Source: a virus
Length of the DNA: 64,000 bases
Strand: one strand, 5' to 3'
Virus record (IMG/VR): IMGVR_UViG_3300024348_000026
Coordinates: 3,530-67,529 of that record
Translations under genes and position numbers: made by a program
Shown: in pieces, positions 44,991 to 54,925 of the stretch
Layout: every line of letters starts with the position of its first letter
How positions within the stretch are numbered: the stretch's first letter is position 1
Notes under the pieces: generated by a model
Database searches by the model: none
Told to the model about the DNA's origin: nothing
The model's input: the letters and a program-made list of their open reading frames with translations, nothing else

Positions 44991-45661
44991 CAAACATTAT
45001 TTTACATGGAATACTCGCTAAAGAATTTGGCAAAAGTATTAGAATGAAAATTTATAAAGCTTCAAATGTTATTAAGGCTATCGACGCTAATCGTAAAAAT
45101 TTCAATAAAAGAATATTCGAATTGTCAAGAGAGGGATTAAACTATACGATGATTGTCGATGGAAAAAAAATCACAGAACTAGAAGAGTTAAATATTCAAA
45201 GAGAGCCGCAGGAGATTCATTTAGTTCCTTTGATTATAGGATCAGGAGGCTTTGTCGCTGTCGCCTCGATTATGACTGCTCTGGGGACGGCTACTGTCGC
45301 TGGTTCTATCGCCGTTGGGAGTGCTGCTTTTTTTGCCGCATCATTAATAAACGCAGTAGTTCTTGCTGCTGTTTCTATTGGTCTTCAAATGCTTTTAGCG
45401 CCAGAACCTGAAGCTCCCGCCCGAATATCGGCCACAACCAAAGCCTTATCTGACTCTTTTTCTTTTTCAAATAAAGCCAATGTCGCTTCTCAAGGATCGC
45501 CAGTCCCTGTCGGATATGGCAGATTGAAAATAGGATCTCAGGTTATTCAATCATGCGTTAAATCTTATCCTCAAAACAAAGAAAGCATTACTGCCATGCA
45601 ACGGAGTCCAAATCCAGCAGTAGCCATTAATTCTCAAATTGTTTCTAGCAGAGTTTTATGA
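44987..45661 (+). CDS. tail assembly protein (lambda gpI-like)
   Basis: I.LHG.L...FG, IHLVP.I.GSG, QG.PVPVGYGRL.IGSQVI. Confidence 0.9.
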   Translation: MTNIILHGILAKEFGKSIRMKIYKASNVIKAIDANRKNFNKRIFELSREGLNYTMIVDGKKITELEELNIQREPQEIHLVPLIIGSGGFVAVASIMTALGTATVAGSIAVGSAAFFAASLINAVVLAAVSIGLQMLLAPEPEAPARISATTKALSDSFSFSNKANVASQGSPVPVGYGRLKIGSQVIQSCVKSYPQNKESITAMQRSPNPAVAINSQIVSSRVL

Positions 45662-48600
45662 ATCATTTATTAAAAAAGATTGGACTAGCTGGAGCTAAGG
45701 GTTCTAAACCTAAAGCTAAACCCGCTATTTTAAAACCTCCTGTTGTCGGAGAGCTTCAGCTTTCCTCGTCTTATAGCTACGCAGAAACCCTAGATATTAT
45801 AAGTGATGGACCTATTGAAGGTTTAGTTAATAAAAATGGGCTGACTTTAACAGACGAACATATTTTACAGGGAATATATTTGGACGATACCCCTATTGCT
45901 GTATCAAATGATCAAGCCTTGAGTAGAGGGGCTTCTTATGATCCTCTTTTTACTGGCATTTATAATACGGGGGAATTGATCTCTGGATCTGTCCAGCTTT
46001 TTAATAATTTAAAAAATTTAAATATAGCAACGTCTTCTTATGTGACTCCTTCTCATGGTTTTAAATGTATTGGCTACAAGAATAAGTTCCTTGATGATAC
46101 GTCGAAAAATCAAACCTTTTTTGACGATTATGACACAGCAATAAAAATAAATCTTTCAGGAATAAGTGGCTTAAATAGGCAAGCTTATGTAAAAGGAATC
46201 GCTAGTCCTGTTGTTTTATCGGGAGTTAGTAATCAGTATTTCTTAAATACTTTTCCGCTAGATTTTAATCTTTCTATTTGGGGGTCCAATGTAATAGATG
46301 ATTCTTTTATAAACCTCACTGTTCAAACGCATTTAACTTTAGTTAATCAATTAGGTTCTGCTATAACCAATAATGCTCTAATCGGCCCATTTTTAAATGC
46401 ATATGAAAAAGAATATGCAACAAAAATTTTTAATAGAAATATTATTGGAGGATGGAATCAAGCCTCCGCAAATACTTTAGTCACTAATTGGATAAAAACA
46501 ATTAAAAGACCTGGAGACATGTTCTTTGTTATAAAGGTTAAAGATTTAACTTTGGTGGCTCCTAATATTAGCTTGGTTACAGACGGCAAGTTAGATGATT
46601 TTAGATTTGTTTTAGAAAATGTTGATGGTATCGATTTATTAGAAAGAGATCCTAATGTAGAAGTCTATGATTTTATTCTTCCAAGAATGAATGACAACGG
46701 GACCACAAACGGAAGATGCTATGGATGTCTAATATTTAAGATTAGAGGTGAAGTCAAAAAAAGAGCAAACAAAGAATCTGTATATTATGAATATTGGTAT
46801 AGTTATTCTATATCGAATTCTGTTTTAAACAGTCTTTGTTTATCTACATCTTTAAAGCTTAGAAAAGTTTCTATCTCTACTAACCCATCAATAAATGATC
46901 AAAAATATAACTATACCAATATTCTTGCTGAATATAGGGATGGGTCAGAGTATCAACATCCTTTTAAATATTTTAATAATGTTTTAATCGACAAAGCTTA
47001 TAATTCTTCTTTATTAGGGCCATTTCGGGTTGATGGTTCTGTCCAAAGAATCTTAGAAAATTCTAGCACTCTTCTTACTGGTTATGGCACGAATATAGCT
47101 CCAACGGGCGCTGATCCAACTGGTCAATATTTAGAAGGGAGTATTGACGGAACGTGGTCTACGGACCCAAAAAGGCTTTCGTCAAAAAGTTACTCAGAGT
47201 GGAATGTTTCTCAATCTTCTTTTAACGAAGAGGGTTCTCCGATAAAACATGTTGTAATTAATCCGAACGTATCTTCTGTTTTTATAACAATTTGTGTCCA
47301 ATCGCTAGGGGATACCGCTTCGCAAGAGTTTAACGCCAAAACAAACTCTACCTCTAGCACAACACAGAAAATAGATGCAGGAACAAAATTCCCAACTATT
47401 GTTAATTTGGAGGTCGAAGTTGGTATTATAAACCCAAAAGGAGAAGAGACTGTTTCTTCTAAAAGAAAGTTTAAAATAGTATCTCTTATTGAGTCTGCAA
47501 CTTATATTGATATAGGAAATCCTGATGGAAGCTCTTTTAAGGATGATGATGATTATAAATTTATTTCTGAATACTCGCCAGAGGCTGGAGCAAGCATATT
47601 TAAGCCTTTCGATCTTCCTTCTGTCGAAAGCTCGATCAGTGCTGAAGATAGCTCTTCGAAGAGGTATGTTAAAGTCTCTAAATTGTCTACAGAAACAAAT
47701 TCCACTCTAATATCGAAAGAGATATCTCTTACTAAGATTACAGAAATTATTCCATCAAATTTTAGTTACCCCTTTTCCACAATTGTTGGGACAAAAATAG
47801 ATTCTCGCTCTTTCTCGACTGTTCCAACAAGAACCTTCGATTGTAAATTAAAAAAAATAAAAGTTCCTTCTAATTATTATCCATGTTTGGCGAATGGAAA
47901 AGATAAAAGGTATTATTATACTATTGACGAATTTAATTTAACTGCAAAATTAGACACCTTAATTTATGATGGAGATTGGGATGGCGAATTTAAAGAAGAT
48001 CTTCAATGGACAGATAATCCTGCGTGGATTCTTTACGATTTGTTGACAAACGAAAGATATGGATTGGGTCAGTATTTAGATATCTCTCAAATCGATATTT
48101 TTGACCTATATAAAATAGGAAGATTCTGCGATTCTGTCGATGATCTTGGCTACTTCCAAGGGACACCAGATGGCGCGGGAGGTCTTGAGCCTAGATTCTC
48201 ATGTAATATTTTATTTGCTGATGGAATGAAGATTTTTGATGCGATCAATGTTGTCGCGTCTTTATTTAGAGGTATTGTCTATTACAATAACTCTCAAATT
48301 AATTTTGTAGATGATCGTCCAAAAGAAACTGTAGCTTTGTTTTCTAACTCTAATGTTAAGGATGGTCTTTTTGATTACTCAAATTATAGAAGAGACGAGC
48401 AGTTTAATAGCATTGAAGTCGTCTATATAGATAGGTTTGAAAACTTCTTAACCAAAGTTGAATATGTCGAAGACGAAGAAGATATTAGAAAAAGAGGAGT
48501 TTTCAAAAAAACTATTAATGCTGATGGAGTTACTTCTAAGGCTATGGCGAGAAGACTTGGCCAACATTTAATTTTCCAAACTATCAAAGAAAATCAAAGC

Positions 48601-50004
48601 GTTTCATTTACCGCTGGCTTAGAGTCTTTATTATGTAAACCTGGTGATTTGATAATTGTTGAAGATGAATTAAAAAGCCTTAAATCAAATTTCGGAAGAG
48701 TTTTGTCTGTTAATCCAACAACAAAATCTATAAGGCTTAGTGAAAAATTCTCTAGCGATGATTTTCAAAATAAATTAACTGTATATACGCCCACGGGATA
48801 TTCTACTTTTTCTGAAATTTCTGACTTGGCCCAGAGTGATCGAGGAAGAGTTAATGGTTCTGGATTTTATTTAACAAGTGGCGGATGGTCATCTACTCAT
48901 AATTATTTAACAGGATTCTATCAATTTATTAAATACGAGGAGGGGTTCTCTGAGGCCAAAACAACAGTGGATAGTTTACTTCGCCCTCAGTATGCTTATT
49001 ACTCTGGAACTGGATCTAATTTTTGTTATTTTTCAACTGGTTTTACTGGATGGGTCTTGGGGTCAGGAACTCCTTTTACAAATGATAACAGTTATAATAA
49101 ATTTATATTCGAAACGGGTGTCCATAATTTTACTGATGCTAATAGGGGTCTTTGCTATCCTTATAGTGGGCAAAATTCAAGCGGAAGAGGGTCTTCTTTT
49201 GTCACAGCTTTAAATGGGCAAGTTTCTGGATCTGGCTCTAAATTTAGGGATATTGGCGGAGTCGAATTGATAATGACTAATGGTTTATTAGATTCTGACA
49301 TATCGCTAACCAGTCCTGTTCAAATAACAACATTTGGGCTTTCTGGTATTGTCGAATACGATTATGGATGCGAAGCTTTTGTTCATAGTGGAGATATAAA
49401 CTACTCTTTGGTTCCTTTTGCTAAGGAGGGTTCTGCTTATAGATTCCAAAGAAAAAATGCAGACGATCAAATTTATAAAGTAATCTCTATCAAAGAAGCT
49501 AACCCTAATGAATATTCTTTAATTTGCACAAAATTTAATACGGGAAAATACGCTCTTATTGAAAATCAACAAAGTATTGAATATCAAGCTAATACCTACA
49601 GTTATTCGCTAAGTCAAAAAATTGGCGATACCAACTACTTATTATTAAACACTCCTATTATTAACTCGATTATTACAGGAGCAAATGTTACTGGATTTTA
49701 TTTATCTGGAAAATGGGAACCAGTCCTAAATGCTCAGGGATATAATATCCGTTTGTATCAACCTAATGGAGTTTTACAAGAAACCACATTAATAGGTATT
49801 AATTCTACTGGGCATCTTTTTTATGCCGAAGGAATTGGAAATTATTCTTATAGAGTTTCTGCTTCTGGAAGCTATTCTAATGGAGCGGTTCGTTCTAATA
49901 CATATTTTAATTCTGAATACGATTCTTCTGGACTATTTTTAATATACGAAGATTCTGTGGCAACTTACGACAGGCCGTTCTTGTCTTCTGTAACAATTTT
50001 ATAA
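45658..50004 (+). CDS. tail tip / host-specificity protein (lambda gpJ-like)
   Basis: DIISDGPIEGL, YP, P.R, IKVPSNY, WDG.FK..WTDNPAWILYDLLTN.RYG.G, EPRFSCN. Confidence 0.9.
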   Translation: MNHLLKKIGLAGAKGSKPKAKPAILKPPVVGELQLSSSYSYAETLDIISDGPIEGLVNKNGLTLTDEHILQGIYLDDTPIAVSNDQALSRGASYDPLFTGIYNTGELISGSVQLFNNLKNLNIATSSYVTPSHGFKCIGYKNKFLDDTSKNQTFFDDYDTAIKINLSGISGLNRQAYVKGIASPVVLSGVSNQYFLNTFPLDFNLSIWGSNVIDDSFINLTVQTHLTLVNQLGSAITNNALIGPFLNAYEKEYATKIFNRNIIGGWNQASANTLVTNWIKTIKRPGDMFFVIKVKDLTLVAPNISLVTDGKLDDFRFVLENVDGIDLLERDPNVEVYDFILPRMNDNGTTNGRCYGCLIFKIRGEVKKRANKESVYYEYWYSYSISNSVLNSLCLSTSLKLRKVSISTNPSINDQKYNYTNILAEYRDGSEYQHPFKYFNNVLIDKAYNSSLLGPFRVDGSVQRILENSSTLLTGYGTNIAPTGADPTGQYLEGSIDGTWSTDPKRLSSKSYSEWNVSQSSFNEEGSPIKHVVINPNVSSVFITICVQSLGDTASQEFNAKTNSTSSTTQKIDAGTKFPTIVNLEVEVGIINPKGEETVSSKRKFKIVSLIESATYIDIGNPDGSSFKDDDDYKFISEYSPEAGASIFKPFDLPSVESSISAEDSSSKRYVKVSKLSTETNSTLISKEISLTKITEIIPSNFSYPFSTIVGTKIDSRSFSTVPTRTFDCKLKKIKVPSNYYPCLANGKDKRYYYTIDEFNLTAKLDTLIYDGDWDGEFKEDLQWTDNPAWILYDLLTNERYGLGQYLDISQIDIFDLYKIGRFCDSVDDLGYFQGTPDGAGGLEPRFSCNILFADGMKIFDAINVVASLFRGIVYYNNSQINFVDDRPKETVALFSNSNVKDGLFDYSNYRRDEQFNSIEVVYIDRFENFLTKVEYVEDEEDIRKRGVFKKTINADGVTSKAMARRLGQHLIFQTIKENQSVSFTAGLESLLCKPGDLIIVEDELKSLKSNFGRVLSVNPTTKSIRLSEKFSSDDFQNKLTVYTPTGYSTFSEISDLAQSDRGRVNGSGFYLTSGGWSSTHNYLTGFYQFIKYEEGFSEAKTTVDSLLRPQYAYYSGTGSNFCYFSTGFTGWVLGSGTPFTNDNSYNKFIFETGVHNFTDANRGLCYPYSGQNSSGRGSSFVTALNGQVSGSGSKFRDIGGVELIMTNGLLDSDISLTSPVQITTFGLSGIVEYDYGCEAFVHSGDINYSLVPFAKEGSAYRFQRKNADDQIYKVISIKEANPNEYSLICTKFNTGKYALIENQQSIEYQANTYSYSLSQKIGDTNYLLLNTPIINSIITGANVTGFYLSGKWEPVLNAQGYNIRLYQPNGVLQETTLIGINSTGHLFYAEGIGNYSYRVSASGSYSNGAVRSNTYFNSEYDSSGLFLIYEDSVATYDRPFLSSVTIL

Positions 50005-50005
50005 A

Positions 50006-52117
50006 ATGAGCGCAAATTATTCACAAATTTTAAATATTTATATTACATGGTCAGGAGATGATTATACTTATTATGACCCTGGATTAATGACTGGATATTT
50101 TGAGTCTTATGACAATGACTTGGATGTTGAGGTTCAGTTTTTAAATAAATTGGTAGGGCAAGATTATGGGTCATCTAATGAATATTTAAAGTGGGTAGAT
50201 AATTCTGGCGTTGGCCTTGTTCAACAACAAAGAATTACGGTAGATTTATTCAATGCCAATTTAAATGGGGCGGTAAGTGGATATTCCGACATATACTGCT
50301 TCGCTGATTGGATGTATGCGATGCCAACTGGCAATATATGGCCTATCATGTTGGAGTGGGACTGCCAAGGCGTTGAGTATAGCGAAATTATTTATAGCGG
50401 AACTCCTTATATAGACGCTAGTGGCGTTAGTAGATCTTTAATCAAGACCTTAAATATAAAAAATCCTATATACCCTTACTATCCTTATATAGAATATCCT
50501 GTTTACGAATTTGATCCAATTTTCGATGTAAATACTGGAGATTTAACGGCTTTAGCTACTGGCAAGGCTGTTCACAAGTATAAAGACGTTAATTTTTCTT
50601 TTGAAGTCGCTGATCGCCAATTAAATACTTTATCTTCCGAAAGCGCCCTTTTAGAAAACCCATTTGTTCAAAGTGTCGATGTGGATATTTTAGATATTTC
50701 TGGGAATCTAGTTTCTGGAAATTATGTAACAAATTCATTTAATAATAAATTCTCTTTTTCTGAACAGCAAAATATTGAAGTTTTCGGAACTTATACTCCT
50801 AATTTTGGAATAAGGGTATCAACTTTAAGTTCTAACGCAAATATTCATTCTAGCGAATACTATGTATATGGAAACAATCTTCAAATTGAAGCCGTCTCTG
50901 TAAATGATTATTCTGGAGTCTGGTTAAATAATCAACCAATTGGATATCAGTCTTACTCTCCTTCTTCGAGATCTGGGGTTATGTCGGATGGCCAAAGTGT
51001 TTTTGGAAATGCTTTGTATTTTCCAAAGATAACCAATACACTCAGCGGTTTTAGGTCTTATATATCTGGAGATTTGGCGTTTGCTAGGCTTAGTGGGGAG
51101 AGTCTTCAAATTGATTGGGGAAACTCACAAACTGGCACTGTATTTATTCAAACAGGGACTACTGGCGGCTTTTCTGGCATCGTCGGAACAATACAGACGA
51201 ACACTAACGTTTCGGACGTCTTGTTGCAAGATTTAATTAGTCCTACTGGAATCAATGGAAAAACATACTCGTTTTCTACGGGGCATGTTTATCCATCAAC
51301 GGGAATTTATGATGTTAAATTTTACTATAGTGGAAGCGGGTCCACTGGAAACCAGTTGATCAAACAAGTTCAATATAGAATCCCTGATCAATTGCTTGGC
51401 GCGGGCAAACCTCAAATAGGAGATCCTGTTGAAAGTAAAATTAATTTTGACATCAGTTTTTATAATGACCTTGCTTATGCAAAAGCAGACAAGCTAGATA
51501 TTTATGCCTTTACTGGATCTGGACAAAGCCTGTCTGCTAATAACCTAGTCAAAACTGCTCCTGTTTTAACTCAGGACGGGCGATGCTCCTTTTATTTAGA
51601 TCCTCAAACTATAGCTTCGGACTTGAATTATTGGTTTAAGGTGGTTCCTTTTGGCGCTTTGGGGAGTGGGTATGCTTGGGAAGTTGGCCCTTATTCCATG
51701 AAGACTCCCCCAGAAGTGCCGTCCAGCTTTTCTACAGAAATACTAAAAGTAACAAATGGAGATTCATTCGTGACTACAGATCTTCTTACAGGAGCCATTC
51801 CTACGAGTTCTGTTTTTGTTTTAGACTCTTGGCCAAAGAGTGGAATAATTGTTGATGGAGTGACTGGTAATGGAAACAGCACCAGAACCTATCTGACTCA
51901 AATCATATATAAGAATGGAGCCTCTTATTCTGCTAATCACCTTGTTCAAAGCTATGGATCTTCGGCTGAACTTGTTAATATTGCTTCGGCAGTAGGCAAT
52001 GATCATGCCGCATTTAGCGCTGTAGAATCCGACCCGTCTTTTTTTCAGTATCGCGTAGATTTAGAAGCGGGTTATGAAACGGGATATTATAAGATTTATA
52101 GAACCGTCATTTCATAA
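50006..52117 (+). CDS. tail-associated beta-rich structural protein
   Basis: 703 aa, S/G/T/Y-rich, follows gpJ. Confidence 0.7.
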   Translation: MSANYSQILNIYITWSGDDYTYYDPGLMTGYFESYDNDLDVEVQFLNKLVGQDYGSSNEYLKWVDNSGVGLVQQQRITVDLFNANLNGAVSGYSDIYCFADWMYAMPTGNIWPIMLEWDCQGVEYSEIIYSGTPYIDASGVSRSLIKTLNIKNPIYPYYPYIEYPVYEFDPIFDVNTGDLTALATGKAVHKYKDVNFSFEVADRQLNTLSSESALLENPFVQSVDVDILDISGNLVSGNYVTNSFNNKFSFSEQQNIEVFGTYTPNFGIRVSTLSSNANIHSSEYYVYGNNLQIEAVSVNDYSGVWLNNQPIGYQSYSPSSRSGVMSDGQSVFGNALYFPKITNTLSGFRSYISGDLAFARLSGESLQIDWGNSQTGTVFIQTGTTGGFSGIVGTIQTNTNVSDVLLQDLISPTGINGKTYSFSTGHVYPSTGIYDVKFYYSGSGSTGNQLIKQVQYRIPDQLLGAGKPQIGDPVESKINFDISFYNDLAYAKADKLDIYAFTGSGQSLSANNLVKTAPVLTQDGRCSFYLDPQTIASDLNYWFKVVPFGALGSGYAWEVGPYSMKTPPEVPSSFSTEILKVTNGDSFVTTDLLTGAIPTSSVFVLDSWPKSGIIVDGVTGNGNSTRTYLTQIIYKNGASYSANHLVQSYGSSAELVNIASAVGNDHAAFSAVESDPSFFQYRVDLEAGYETGYYKIYRTVIS

Positions 52118-52296
52118 GCATTAAAGTCAGGATTATTGTTTTTTTTAAAATCGTTTTTAAAAATAGATATATTTACCTTTTGAGAGGTTCCGTCCTTTAG
52201 CTTGATCTCTATTGACCCAGATAGATATTGTTTGTTGGCTTTTGTTTTTTTAATCCAGAAGGCTCCAACTTTTTTATTGGCCCAATTATTTTCCAT
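52096..52296 (-). CDS. DUF736-like small ssDNA-binding protein
   Basis: VGAFW.K...YLSGSI...IFKN..K...PDF. Confidence 0.65.
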   Translation of the reverse strand: MENNWANKKVGAFWIKKTKANKQYLSGSIEIKLKDGTSQKVNISIFKNDFKKNNNPDFNAYEMTVL

Positions 52297-52446
52297 TTAG
52301 TGTCTCTGCAAACATATCAAGAAATAATGCTTTGCTGCTAGATGGGACTTTTGTGAATTGTTTTTTGATTCTTCGATAAACTCTACGGATTGTTGGATCA
52401 CTCAAATCTCCTGCGATTTTTCTAATTTTCTTTGCTTGTTTGTTGT

Positions 52447-52902
52447 TCATAATTGTGTGATAAATGTTTCTGTGTCTCTAATAAAGCCCATTTTATTGTA
52501 AAAGTCCATCACTTTTTCAGATTTTGGATGTTTTACAACCGTGTTCATTGTCATGTATTTAAATTTATTTTGTCTAGCAAATTTAATGGCTTCTTTGAAT
52601 AATCTAAAGCCAGCTTTTGGATTCTTTGACAACCAAAGATATTCTGAGAATATCTTCTCGTTAAACTTGGCGCTCTTGTCGTTATATATCATAATAATAG
52701 CGTCATAACTTGTCCCGTTGTGGTTTCCCCAAACAAACATATCCCACGCCAGAATATGCTTGTTTGAGAAGCTATTAATGATTGTCTCCTTGCTATGCTT
52801 TAGAAAGAAATGCCCCTCGTTCTCATTTTCGTATTCGAAAAGATCAGAAATATCTGAAATCAATACTTTGAAATCTTCAGGGTCTAATATTCTTTTAATC
52901 AT
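52447..52902 (-). CDS. GNAT-fold protein
   Basis: EYLW...GFRLFKEA...FYNKMGF. Confidence 0.65.
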   Translation of the reverse strand: MIKRILDPEDFKVLISDISDLFEYENENEGHFFLKHSKETIINSFSNKHILAWDMFVWGNHNGTSYDAIIMIYNDKSAKFNEKIFSEYLWLSKNPKAGFRLFKEAIKFARQNKFKYMTMNTVVKHPKSEKVMDFYNKMGFIRDTETFITQL

Positions 52903-53783
52903 TTCTTATTAACAAGGGGGAGAAGAATTCTCGCTTCTTTTGCGGGGATATCTGAGAAATCTTTCCACACTTTTACTCCCTCACCCCTATACTCATTGGC
53001 TGCCCATAATTTTCTAAAGATGACTTTCGCTCCTTCAAAATCGACTACGCCATGTTTTTCGCGAAGTGTTTTTTCTAGGATGCCTGTCGGGGTAACTGGC
53101 ACGGTGTTATTATCGTAGCCTGTTGATTCAATCGACTCTGAACTAGAGTTTGAAGGGCTTTTCGACTTATCAATTTCGTCTGCGCCAACAATATGAACGT
53201 TTAGGAAATTGCGAACGCATCTTACAAAAGCTCTGTTACAAGCAATAGTTTCAAGAAATTTGGCGCAAAAATCATCAGTGTTCGCTAAAGTTGCATTAGC
53301 TACGTCTTCATAAGTCACTCCAACTCCATAGGCATTTTCGGTTTCATAATTGCAGATCCAATTAATAGAGCATTTTGCTACCACATAGCTTTCGCTTACA
53401 TGGTTCACTTCGTATGAAACGCCAGTGAATCCTCTCAATTTGGCCAACTCTTTAATCCCTGCGAGCATAATCAAAAGCTGATTATCTTTTAAACCCTCAA
53501 TGGAGGTTGGAACTGGTTGTTTTCGGCATTCAAAAAAACCTTTATTTGGATAGAGGAATTCGTCTTTAACCATTTTCCGCCAATCAACTGATCCGTCTTC
53601 ATTGAACTGGTATAAGACACTATCAATTAGTCCATGCTCATTTCTTTTATATTTTCCAATAAAATCTACAGGCGGGGTTGATGATTCTTCTTGATAAACC
53701 GTAGAATCAATTTCTGTATAAAGATCGTCTTCGTTGGTAGGCTGAATACCTTCTGTTTCTGGTTGTTTTTTAACTTTGCTCAT
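52899..53783 (-). CDS. putative single-strand annealing/recombination protein
   Basis: GIKELA..RG, ANA...N...LETIACNRAFVRCVRN.L resembles the AETRA..RA motif of SSAP-like families. Confidence 0.45.
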   Translation of the reverse strand: MSKVKKQPETEGIQPTNEDDLYTEIDSTVYQEESSTPPVDFIGKYKRNEHGLIDSVLYQFNEDGSVDWRKMVKDEFLYPNKGFFECRKQPVPTSIEGLKDNQLLIMLAGIKELAKLRGFTGVSYEVNHVSESYVVAKCSINWICNYETENAYGVGVTYEDVANATLANTDDFCAKFLETIACNRAFVRCVRNFLNVHIVGADEIDKSKSPSNSSSESIESTGYDNNTVPVTPTGILEKTLREKHGVVDFEGAKVIFRKLWAANEYRGEGVKVWKDFSDIPAKEARILLPLVNKK

Positions 53784-54924
53784 AAAAATAAAAATGGGCT
53801 TGTTCTTCCCAATATTCAGGAGTATGCAGTATCTCCATACTAATGTCAACACTTTTTAATCCACATTTCCAATGAGCCAAGCTTGGATACTCTACTCCGT
53901 CAGCAAAAACTCTTTTATTTGAAAGAAAAAAGCACTTATCAGAAACGTCCTCTGGTTTTTTAATCTTAGTTTCGTAAAAACTAACCACTTGATCAAAATA
54001 TTTGTTTCTAAGAGGTGGCAAATCTTCTTCTTTTTGGGTGAAGATTTCAAATTCTATTCCCCATATTTTTAATATTTCAAAATATTTATCAGGAATTTCT
54101 CCAAAATCTTTATCTATAAAGACGGATATTTTTTTAATGTTTTCTTTAATTTTTTCTAAGTGAGATGGCTGTATCAATTTATTGGCTATAATGCTTACCT
54201 TATAATTCTGGCAATATTTAATAAAAGCCTCTTGGTCGTATCCCTTGTCTGTCCTTAAAAAAAGAATCTCGCCCTCTTTAAGAGGAATCGGGGAAAAAGA
54301 AATAGGAACGACTTCTGTTATTTGGGTGTCGAATAATTTCCCAATACTAATTGTTTTAAATAAAAGTTTTTTAGGAATCTTAAGTAAATCCAAAATGGCT
54401 TGAGATACGATTTCGGGTTTTATTTTGTTTATTTCTGATTTCGGGTCTTGCAAATTTAAGCAGGGCTTAACGTCCCAAGGGGCGGCGATATCCTTCTTTT
54501 TGTCGTTTTTCGACCAATAACCATTGCTTATGCTTGGGTAAGTGTTTCCGAATAAAGTGACTAGGGGAATATTTTTGCTACTTGCATAATGAGAATATAC
54601 GTTGTCAACGCCGATATGCAGTAATGAGCCTGATAGAACATTAGCGTATTGTTTAAACGAAAGCCCTCCTAAAACCTTGTCAACTCCATTTATAGATTGT
54701 CCTCCTCTATCTATTTGAATTATTTTTATATCTTTTTCTTTTAGAAAAGGGTGGATTAAATTGATAACCAAGTCAAAGTTTTTATACATTTTTGACGGGA
54801 TTCTTTCTTCAAGAAAAATGGTTATGTATTTTCCTTCAGGAATCGGAAAGAAGTGTTCACACACTGTTGGTTTTGAAATTAAAACCCCAAGGTTTTTTGC
54901 GTATTCTTCTAAAACGTGAGACAT
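53770..54924 (-). CDS. GT9-like glycosyltransferase
   Basis: K.Y, IIQI, LHIGVDN...HYA...P.V.LFG. Confidence 0.7.
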   Translation of the reverse strand: MSHVLEEYAKNLGVLISKPTVCEHFFPIPEGKYITIFLEERIPSKMYKNFDLVINLIHPFLKEKDIKIIQIDRGGQSINGVDKVLGGLSFKQYANVLSGSLLHIGVDNVYSHYASSKNIPLVTLFGNTYPSISNGYWSKNDKKKDIAAPWDVKPCLNLQDPKSEINKIKPEIVSQAILDLLKIPKKLLFKTISIGKLFDTQITEVVPISFSPIPLKEGEILFLRTDKGYDQEAFIKYCQNYKVSIIANKLIQPSHLEKIKENIKKISVFIDKDFGEIPDKYFEILKIWGIEFEIFTQKEEDLPPLRNKYFDQVVSFYETKIKKPEDVSDKCFFLSNKRVFADGVEYPSLAHWKCGLKSVDISMEILHTPEYWEEQAHFYFYEQS

Positions 54925-54925
54925 G